In this document: in pieces, positions 51,929-60,190 of the stretch
Position numbering within the stretch: the first letter of the stretch is position 1
Layout: every line of letters starts with the position of its first letter
Assembly: GCA_963769425.1 (NCBI GenBank)
Contig: CAVYLP010000001.1
Span: forward strand, 64,001 to 128,000
DNA: 64,000 nucleotides
Direction: 5' to 3'
From: Candidatus Bathyarchaeota archaeon
Lineage (GTDB): Archaea > Thermoproteota > Bathyarchaeia > TCS64
The notes under the pieces: model-generated
The model's input: only the letters and a program-made list of their open reading frames with translations
Told to the model about the DNA's origin: nothing
Database searches by the model: none
Made by a program: the position numbers and the translations under genes

Positions 51929-53102
51929 CTTCGAGCAGGGCCACAGGTTCGCCACCCCTCAAGTAGACTCGCGGTGTGTAGGGGTTGAGGTGGTTGAGAA
52001 CACTGTAGGTCATCCACCCCGCAGTCTCGGCGAACCTGCTGAGCGTGTTCTCCCCGGTACACCCGATCAACTCGACGACGTCGCCCTGCTTTGCCTCGAC
52101 GCCGCGTAGGTCGATGAGAATGTGGTTGAGGCTTATTGAGCCGACGCTGTTCCGGTACTGCCCGTCGACGAGTATGCGTGCCTTGTTCGACATCTCTCGG
52201 GGGACGCCGTCGTAGAAGCCGACATGGACCGTGCCGACGGGCATGTCCTCGGGGGCGACGAACTTGCCCCAATAGGTAACCGAGTCGCCACTGCTGATGG
52301 TCTTGACGTACTCTATCCTCGCCTTCCAGCTTAGTGCCTGCCTGAGCTTGGGGCCTGAGGCTACGTCCTTTGGCTCGGGGTAGACGCCGTAGAGGCTCAT
52401 GCCGGGGCGGACGAGGTCGAGGTGGGCCTCCGGGTTGTTGAGGGTCGCGTCGGTGCTGGCGAGGCTAAGAAGACCCGGGTCGACGCTGGAGGATCGCAGC
52501 TCATCCGCGACGGCCTTGATGCGCCCTATCTGCTGCTTGTCCTGCTCCGGGTTCTGCATGAGTGTGCTCATGATGCCATCTAGGTGGATACGAGGGAGGG
52601 CCACGATTCTCTTGATGAGGTCGGGCGCTTCCTCATGCCAGACGCCGACGCGGCGCAGGCCGGTGTCCACCTTGACGAAGACCTCGGCGGTCTTGCCAAG
52701 CCTCTCCGCTGCCTTGCTGAGACTCTCCGCGGCGTCCATCGTGTAGACGACCTGCGTCACCCCCTTCACGACGGCCGCCTCGTACTGCTCCGCTGCCCAG
52801 AGTGGATCCATGTTGACGGCCCTGAGGCCGGTGTTCTCACTGATCTGGATCGCCTCGCGGGTCTTGGCGACGAGGACGCGCTTGATGCCGTTGTCCTCGA
52901 AGTGGGCCACGAGGGGGAGGAGGCCGTGGCCGTATGCGTTGTTCTTGACGCACGGCATCACCTCGGCCCTCGTATGCCTCCGAATCTCGGCGAGGTTGTT
53001 TGAGACGGCGTCGAGGTCGACTTCGATCCAGCTGCCGAATCCCTCAATCCTTCGCCTTATCTCGGCGGGCTTCGGCTGCTTCGACCAGTAACTATGGGGC
53101 AT
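51921..53102 (-). CDS. alr: Alanine racemase
   Basis: WIEVDLDA, VKNNAYGHG (PLP Lys), KVDTGLRRVG, VRPGMSLYG, GDSVTY, GFYDG. Confidence 0.9.
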   Translation of the reverse strand: MPHSYWSKQPKPAEIRRRIEGFGSWIEVDLDAVSNNLAEIRRHTRAEVMPCVKNNAYGHGLLPLVAHFEDNGIKRVLVAKTREAIQISENTGLRAVNMDPLWAAEQYEAAVVKGVTQVVYTMDAAESLSKAAERLGKTAEVFVKVDTGLRRVGVWHEEAPDLIKRIVALPRIHLDGIMSTLMQNPEQDKQQIGRIKAVADELRSSSVDPGLLSLASTDATLNNPEAHLDLVRPGMSLYGVYPEPKDVASGPKLRQALSWKARIEYVKTISSGDSVTYWGKFVAPEDMPVGTVHVGFYDGVPREMSNKARILVDGQYRNSVGSISLNHILIDLRGVEAKQGDVVELIGCTGENTLSRFAETAGWMTYSVLNHLNPYTPRVYLRGGEPVALLEAS

Positions 53103-53307
53103 GGCTCCATCTTCATGGCGAATCTGTATAAGCGTGTCGATGATGCGTGTTAAATGCCTATTTCGGTACATAATCGAGCTTGAACGGCGTCGTTTCCGCG
53201 TCCCTTTCAGTGATTAGTGCCCTGTTTTGGATTATTTTGGGTACCCCCTCCCCGTTTTGGGCACCAGGTTGATAACGGGGGAGGCAGAGTCTCTTCTGGT
53301 GCCTGGT

Positions 53308-53718
53308 ATGGGTGAGGTGGTAGCGGGGACGTTGTCGGATGGCTCCCCCTGCCTGCGCAATCGTTGTATCGCCTGCTGCCTAGAGACGGAGATGCCCCTC
53401 ACCGAGGACGACATCAAGAGAATAGAGAAGCTCGGCTTCAAGCGCGCAGACTTCACAGTCGAAGCCGAGGGGGAGACCCGCCTCAGGAACGTGAAGAAGT
53501 CGTGCTTCTTCCTTCGGGTGGGTAAGTGCATTGTCTACGAGGAGCGCCCAGAGGGCTGCAGAATATACCCACTCGTCTACGACGTCGACTCGCACAAATT
53601 CGTCTATGACACTGTTTGCATCCATTCTAGCGAATTTAAGGCGAAGCGAGAGGACAAGGACAAATTAAAGCGTCTTATAACTAAACTTGATAAAGAATCA
53701 TCGAAAAGATACTGTTAA
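53308..53718 (+). CDS. YkgJ-family cysteine-cluster protein
   Basis: C...C..CC, CFFL, C.VYE.RP.GCRIYP; start 53308 or 53332. Confidence 0.85.
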   Translation: MGEVVAGTLSDGSPCLRNRCIACCLETEMPLTEDDIKRIEKLGFKRADFTVEAEGETRLRNVKKSCFFLRVGKCIVYEERPEGCRIYPLVYDVDSHKFVYDTVCIHSSEFKAKREDKDKLKRLITKLDKESSKRYC

Positions 53719-53776
53719 GTTATTTGACCTGAAATGAAAAAGGGTCTAATTGACTCAATTCTACAATCACTTTAAA

Positions 53777-54535
53777 TCAGGTATGACGTACTGAATTATG
53801 CCAATTACATGCAATACATGAACATTCTTCATCAATAAAATGTTTAAGTCCTTCTGGCCCACCACGAAGTGATTTCTTATCAAAACTTGGAAATATTCTG
53901 TCAAAATATTTACTATCTTTACGTTCATAATATCTAAAAACTGAATAAGCACAAACATCTGCAAGTTCAAGCATTCTTGTATCACGTGCGCCAGCAAAGT
54001 ACGGAATATCAACAATATTTGTCATTTTTCCATATTTTGAACCTATGCTCTGGAACTCTGCAATTAATTCACGATAACGTTCTTGGTGAGCCTGATCAAT
54101 TATTAATAATCCTTTTCCTCGAAGATCTTTACTATATAGCCGTTTCATAAAAATATTAAAACGACTAGTTAAATCTTCCACTGTTTTTTCTAACGCTTCT
54201 TTTGGAGTTCTTAAAGCACTGATATGTATACATGTAGAAAACGAAACCAAATTTGGAAATGTTTGTCTACCGATGAGATCACATATATCATTTAGGAGTT
54301 TTTCCCTATTCTCGGGGGGCATATGGTCAAAATGACTCTTGGCTTGATGTATGTCCACTGCGTGAAGAGGAATGCGTATTTTTATTGATGGAAAATAACG
54401 TTTTTGAATAATATCCATCTCTTTAGTCAATCTTTGTATTTGACCTTCGTGAATCGCTACAGCACCTAATACAAAATGGGTTTGATTACTCCATCCATTA
54501 GGGTCTCCTGATTCATCAATGTATAATAGGTGCAT
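53777..54535 (-). CDS. DUF3800-family RNase H-fold protein
   Basis: LYIDESGD, IIDQ, LELADVCAY; AT-rich. Confidence 0.8.
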   Translation of the reverse strand: MHLLYIDESGDPNGWSNQTHFVLGAVAIHEGQIQRLTKEMDIIQKRYFPSIKIRIPLHAVDIHQAKSHFDHMPPENREKLLNDICDLIGRQTFPNLVSFSTCIHISALRTPKEALEKTVEDLTSRFNIFMKRLYSKDLRGKGLLIIDQAHQERYRELIAEFQSIGSKYGKMTNIVDIPYFAGARDTRMLELADVCAYSVFRYYERKDSKYFDRIFPSFDKKSLRGGPEGLKHFIDEECSCIACNWHNSVRHT

Positions 54536-54713
54536 TTTAAACTGGATTATTTATATTACACTAACTTGGTAATAAAATGATGCAACTGGTAACGGATCGC
54601 CGAGGCAACCCTTCCAGTCGCAATAGTTGTGTACATATGGGGGTTTATAAAATTTTATGGATGCGGATACTGTTACGTTATCGTAATATCCCCCAAAGTC
54701 AAATAGATACATT

Positions 54714-56085
54714 GTGCGAGTCAGTCAACTCTATCTGCTTACCATACTTGCTCTCAGTTTGATCTCGGCAGCAGCCTTCATCTCAACCCGTGTTACCCCA
54801 TCTTACACTGAGAGGACCATCACTGTCAACCACACGGGCTACAAAAACCTCACCGACATGGCCGAGTCCACTAAGATGATACTCGTAGGAACAGTTACAC
54901 AAATCAAGTCCACAACAGGGCCCTCCGTAGAGTCGCCGACGACCAAGTTCGAGGTCAGGATAGATAAATGGTTGAATCCCTTAACTGCAAGCAACTTCAC
55001 AACAGCGACCGTTATCCAGATTGGGTCCCGTGACAGCACAGGATCAGCGGGAACGATCGACGACCCCTTGATGAAGGTTGGAGAGCAAAACGTATTCTTC
55101 CTCTTCGACGGCGAGGGCGATGGGACGCAGAAACCATACTCCACCACTGGAGAATGGGGCAGGTTCAGAGTCCAAGACGGTGAAGTTCATCCCATCAACC
55201 ATGTTTGGCAAGAGTACGATGGGATGAATCTGGACACGTTCATCGATTTGGTGAATTATAAACCATCGAGGCAAGCTCTGATAATAATCGGCATCGGGTA
55301 CAGTGAGATGCTCAACTCCTCCACGACCCTCCAAGTTGTACGGGAGTGGAAAGAGGGACAACTCACCGACATCCCATACGTGGTGAACAACGAGACATTA
55401 TTCGATAGCCTGAGGATCGGCACCACATACAACGTAACCTACCACGTATCCGACATTCCCCAGCTGGGACGATGCTACGTCATCTTAGAGGCCAAGATGG
55501 TTCCGTATGAAAGTGGCACTCTCGGGACAAACCCGCATCACATCCCATTCCTGGGTCCGGTCCCAATTGGTCCCACAGCCGAAGAAGCGTATGGGCCTAA
55601 AGTCGACCTAAAGACAGCGGCGGCCCAGTGGAAGAAAGATCGCGGAGAGCCACTACTCCAACCGACTTGGCTCCCCGAAGGTTTAACGCAGACCTCAGTC
55701 TCCGCTCAATGGGAAAACCCAACTACCCAGACAGGGAAGCTGAAGGAGGTTACGATTCTGTACAGTTTCAGTGGGATCGACGATCCGTTTACAGCCGAGC
55801 TCCAACTGAGGGTAATGATGCCGTGGTCGACGACGTTTTTATCACCACGCTGGCTACGTGACAATGTTAACCTAGGCGGTAACTACACCGAATTGGATGG
55901 CCGCCCCAGGTACATAGGAATAATGGGTTGGTTCGATGGGGGATACTTCGAGATGTATGGTGGAACAACATTGGTTCATGTCTACGCAGGTAGGGGACGT
56001 CGTTTACTTCTTCAGGGTGCCAGAAGGATTCTCAACAAGAGACCTAGTGAAGATTGCAGACAGCCTTAAGCCAGCGCTGGGGTAA
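54714..56085 (+). CDS. Hypothetical secreted multidomain protein (frameshift near 55995)
   Basis: Signal/TM segment, PTWLPEG motif; the shifted frame ends DLVKIADSLKPALG*. Confidence 0.65.
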
Positions 56086-56255
56086 TGGTTTAAATGGGAT
56101 TAATTTACCACTAAATATAACTTTATGTTACTAGTGAGTAACATCCCAACTTAAATAGAGATAAATCGATTAAAACTATAAAAAATTAACAAGAACATTC
56201 AAACCAACACCCTACTATGAGGGTCATTGAAAGAGGACAATGGAAAAGGGCTGCA

Positions 56256-56516
56256 TTACTCGCTGTCTTCCTCTACGCCCTCGACCTCCACGGGGCGGTA
56301 ATCCTTCTTCTCAAGAGTCAAATTACCATACACTGCACCTATGAACCGGGCGAACAGGAGCTTCCGCCTAACCGCGTTATAAGTAGACTCCGCCATACCG
56401 TGCTCCTGGAGCTTAATCTTCAGGTTGCCCTCGGAGACGTGGTCGAAGCCGCACCCGTGCAGGGTGTCGAGGAAGAGGAGATCGTCCTCCGTAAGCTCAA
56501 GCTTCTTACCCGCCAT
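56256..56516 (-). CDS. Small hypothetical protein
   Basis: Host-like codon usage; GGTGA upstream of the ATG. Confidence 0.55.
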   Translation of the reverse strand: MAGKKLELTEDDLLFLDTLHGCGFDHVSEGNLKIKLQEHGMAESTYNAVRRKLLFARFIGAVYGNLTLEKKDYRPVEVEGVEEDSE

Positions 56517-56717
56517 AAACGTCACCGGCTCCGAGTCGGCCCATTATCTCACCAACGTAGGGGAGATTAAATCCTTGCCCCCATTGAGAACCGAACACGG
56601 TGAAAATTCTCAGATCCAAGCTCGAGCTAAACCCCTAACGCTTATTGATTAGGGCAAGTAAATCCTAGTCATTACCGCCGAATCGTGTATATACCGGCAG
56701 TCCGGTTCCTGCTGGAT

Positions 56718-57170
56718 ATGGAACTCAGCACGATACCCTGGTGGGGCTACGCCCTCGGAACCATGGCCATGTTCGGCGTCACAAACTCACTACTAAAATT
56801 CGCCTCACACGAGAAAATGGACAGTATCTTCGCATCCCAGATACTCTGGCTCAGCGTCGGTATCTTCGGCCTCATCTTCTTCGCCTACTATTACTCAACG
56901 GGCTCCTTCACATCCAACTTAACCGGAACATCATCCCTCTTACTCATGGTCCCAGCCGTCGCCGGGGTCTGCCTAGCGGCGGGCATGTTCTTCATAAAGA
57001 AGGCCGTCGCCATCGGCCCAGCGGGCCCAGCGACGGCGATCTCGGCCGGTAACGCCATCCTCGTCGCCCTCTTCGCCTACGTCGTCCTCAAAGAGGGACT
57101 CAGCATGCCGAAGGTGATCGGGATGATTATGGTCGTCGGCGGCATCATAGTAATGAGCGTATTCGTCTAA
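56718..57170 (+). CDS. Single-domain EamA-like membrane protein
   Basis: Five TM helices; ends LKEGLS..K.IG. Confidence 0.78.
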   Translation: MELSTIPWWGYALGTMAMFGVTNSLLKFASHEKMDSIFASQILWLSVGIFGLIFFAYYYSTGSFTSNLTGTSSLLLMVPAVAGVCLAAGMFFIKKAVAIGPAGPATAISAGNAILVALFAYVVLKEGLSMPKVIGMIMVVGGIIVMSVFV

Positions 57171-57237
57171 GAGTTCTTCGAGACCCTCTACGCCGCTAAA
57201 TTGATTTAGCCATCGGTGAATAGTCAACCGATACACC

Positions 57238-57633
57238 ATGCAAGTCAAGAAGCTCGGCGAGGTGACGGCGGAGCCCACCTCCGGCGGAATATTCACGGGA
57301 GAGGTAGCCATCCAAAGGGTCTTCGGCAAGGAGACGGGGACGACAGACCTCAACATAAGCCTTGTATCGTTCCCAGCGGGGGTCAGGAATACCTGGCACA
57401 CCCACCAGCACGATCAGTGCCTCTGGATACTCGCCGGAAGAGGTAAAGTAGCGAGTAGAGAGAGGGAATATACCGCCGAGCCCGGGATGGCCTTCCTCAT
57501 CCCCGCCGGCGAGAGCCACTGGCATGGCAGCGTCGGCGAGGACTTCAGCCACATAAGCATCGTCGGCGGTATTGGCCCCACAAAGCCGGACGGGCCCAAC
57601 CCCTTTAAATCGGAGCCCGCATCCATCAGTTGA
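57238..57633 (+). CDS. Cupin-domain protein
   Basis: WHTHQHDQ and IPAGESHWHG. Confidence 0.88.
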   Translation: MQVKKLGEVTAEPTSGGIFTGEVAIQRVFGKETGTTDLNISLVSFPAGVRNTWHTHQHDQCLWILAGRGKVASREREYTAEPGMAFLIPAGESHWHGSVGEDFSHISIVGGIGPTKPDGPNPFKSEPASIS

Positions 57634-57638
57634 TCTGA

Positions 57639-58406
57639 TTGAGCCCAGAGGCGAGGCTGAGGGTCGGCGGCATCACAGACATGTCCACCGTCGACTGGTA
57701 CGGTAACGTTAGCCTCATCGTTTTCTGCGCGGGCTGCAACTACAGGTGCTCCTACTGCCAGAACTCGGGCCTCATACCCCTCGACTCGGGGCAAGAGATA
57801 GACCTCAACCTCTTCAGGGAGCGCCTCGAGGCGAACAAGTTCATCAACGACGCCGTCGTCTTCACCGGGGGGGAGCCCGCCCTCCAGCCAGACGCTATAA
57901 TCGAGGCCGCTAGACTCGCCAAGAGCCGCGGACTAAAGGTAATGCTCGACAGCAACGGCAGCGTCAAGGAAAATATTGATAGGATTCTCAGAAGCGGCGT
58001 CATTGACAGGGTCGCCCTCGACGTGAAGGCACCGATAAACCTCATCGATTATGGCAGGGTCACTGGTCGTCCCGACCTTGGGGAAGCCTCTGTCGAGGCC
58101 GTTGAGCATTGCCTCAACTTGAGTAAGGAGCTGGGCATCGAGATGGAGGTGCGCACCACCGTTGCCCCAGGCGTCTCCGACGACCCCGCCTTCATCCGAA
58201 GCATCGCCGAATCAATCAAGGGAAGATGCGACGTATTCTACCTCCAGCAGTTCGACAACCTCGGAGAGGTGCTGAGCCAAACCCTTAAACAGGAGAAACC
58301 TCCTACGAGGGAGGCAATGACGAGCCTCGCCCGAGTAGCCCTGCAGACGGGACTCAGGAACGTCTTCATCAAGACGCGAAGTAATGGGCTCGAGAGGATG
58401 GGCTAA
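57639..58406 (+). CDS. nrdG: Anaerobic ribonucleotide reductase activating radical SAM protein
   Basis: STVDW, GCNYRCSYCQN, FTGGEP, DVKAP, EVRTT. Confidence 0.85.
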   Translation: MSPEARLRVGGITDMSTVDWYGNVSLIVFCAGCNYRCSYCQNSGLIPLDSGQEIDLNLFRERLEANKFINDAVVFTGGEPALQPDAIIEAARLAKSRGLKVMLDSNGSVKENIDRILRSGVIDRVALDVKAPINLIDYGRVTGRPDLGEASVEAVEHCLNLSKELGIEMEVRTTVAPGVSDDPAFIRSIAESIKGRCDVFYLQQFDNLGEVLSQTLKQEKPPTREAMTSLARVALQTGLRNVFIKTRSNGLERMG

Positions 58407-58409
58407 GAC

Positions 58410-58958
58410 ATGGCCCGGAGACGACTCATTCTCCTGACGGGGATGGCCGGCTCCGGAAAGACAACCCTTTCTGGAATCATACGCGAATCCGGGCTACGCG
58501 TCATAACCATGGGCGACGTCATCAGAGACCTCGCAAAGCAGAAAGCGCTTGACCCAACCCCGGAGAACATCGGGCACCTAGCCGAAGAGATACGCAAAGG
58601 TGGCCCCGACGCCGTCGCCCGCCGTTGTGTAGAGATGCTCAAGAAAGGACCAGACGGACTCACAGTCGTCGACGGGATCAGGAGCATCGCCGAGGTCGAC
58701 GCATTCGAGGACGACTTCGACGTTGTCCTCATCGCGCTATGGGCCAGCCCCCTCAGCAGGTACAAGAGACTCACTCGCAGAGGCCGAAGCGACGACCCGA
58801 AGACTTGGGAAGAGTTCAAGGAAAGAGAGCACCGCGAGCTCGGATTCGGGATTGGTGACGCCATCGCCTCCAGCGACTACATGATCAAGAACGACGACGG
58901 AATAAACAGCTTAAAACCCGCCTTCGACGAGATCATGGAGAAGATAAAGAATGGCTGA
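58410..58958 (+). CDS. P-loop kinase, UPF0200/dephospho-CoA-kinase-like
   Basis: TGMAGSGKT, MGDVIR, VDGIRS, RGRSDD. Confidence 0.85.
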   Translation: MARRRLILLTGMAGSGKTTLSGIIRESGLRVITMGDVIRDLAKQKALDPTPENIGHLAEEIRKGGPDAVARRCVEMLKKGPDGLTVVDGIRSIAEVDAFEDDFDVVLIALWASPLSRYKRLTRRGRSDDPKTWEEFKEREHRELGFGIGDAIASSDYMIKNDDGINSLKPAFDEIMEKIKNG

Positions 58959-59352
58959 AGTTAGAGTCATCGTCAAGGCTCACCTCAACGCTACCGAAGA
59001 TCCCGAAAAGCTTGAGAAGGCCATCACCAATCTCTTCGGCGACGTGAAGCCCCAGCGTAGCAAGGAGCACGGCGCCACATATCTAAAATTTGAGGCCACG
59101 GGCATCGATGCCCTCCGACAACTCAGGCAGAGGATTGCAAGCGACAGGATCAGGGACGCCGCAAGGGCAATGCTCAGTCGCTGGGCCGCTAAAAACGAGA
59201 AGGTCACTTTTCACCTCAACAGGCAAGCAGCATATGCGAACCATGTAAGCATCTATCACGCAAGCAAGTCTCCCCTAGGCCCAATAGAAGTGGAGATAGA
59301 TGGACAACCGGAAAAAATTATTGAATTTCTCACGGGCAAAGGCCCCGCCTAA
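58951..59352 (+). CDS. UPF0201/DUF54 putative RNA-binding protein
   Basis: TEDPEK..KAI.NLF, RIRDAAR, LNRQAAY, PLGPI. Confidence 0.85.
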   Translation: MAEVRVIVKAHLNATEDPEKLEKAITNLFGDVKPQRSKEHGATYLKFEATGIDALRQLRQRIASDRIRDAARAMLSRWAAKNEKVTFHLNRQAAYANHVSIYHASKSPLGPIEVEIDGQPEKIIEFLTGKGPA

Positions 59353-59594
59353 CTAGTGACAACACCTACTTCAATAAGAGCTGAGAAAATGAATAGAGGT
59401 AATATAAGAAACCCCCGCGGTCGCTAATTTCGTTGAAAAAGTGTTAAAGATCAGCGTACATATTTAGTTCTTTATTAAGTGTAGGTGTTTCTCCTAGAGC
59501 CATAGATAGATGTCAACTACGACCACATACTGATAGCAGCGACATTACCTTCGCACTCCTAGTGAGGCTTGGAAAAGAGAAGAGATGACTGAAT

Positions 59595-60170
59595 TATTTT
59601 TTTTCAAATATGACTAGCTACTTGCGCGAGGGAGACTTGAAAACAGCTCATTTTCCACACTCTAAACACCCTACGTCGTTTGGAATTCTAATATCAAAAA
59701 GAATGCAGGTCCCTCTAAGCACAACGGAAGAAACATCCGGGACAATCCATACTGACAAATAAATCTATACGGCGGATCGATCCGCCATCATTCTTTATAT
59801 AGAAGAAAACTACGGTTCCAAGTCTAAAAATAATAGATATAACTAAACATTCAAGGTTCCACGATATCGCATTCAATGAAAGATGCAAGAAGATCGATGA
59901 TGGAAGGAAGGTTGTTTCTGGCGGGGAAATACCCCCATAGAGGGGGATCGACATCCACCCGCCTCAAGGCTCCTCTTCGGACTATTACAGATCTGTGTGA
60001 TCCTATGTATATCGAGAATATTTTTCAAACATCATATGCCACAATGACAAGTAAACTGAAAACAACTCCTTTTCACCCACCATGGGTTGAGTGAGATCGA
60101 TGGAGTTTTTTTTTCTTATATCCCCCTACTGGTTGCAAGAGAGACTTGAAAACGACCCCTTTTTCACACA
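59595..60170. repeat. Three degenerate ~60-bp repeats in an intergenic region
   Basis: TTTTTC-N~25-GAGACTTGAAAAC-N6/7-TTTT(C/T)CACAC at ~59600-59660 and ~60110-60170; weaker copy at ~60021-60078. Confidence 0.55.
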
Positions 60171-60190
60171 AACTATAACTTACAATAGTC

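Noticed and set aside
56105-56135. dif site (TTATGTTA)
   Set aside because: The left arm and 6-bp spacer do not fit the TAA-N6-TTA geometry.
59632-60170. Replication origin ORB boxes
   Set aside because: The motif lacks the TCCA..GGAAAC plus G-string consensus, and no orc1/cdc6 gene is adjacent.
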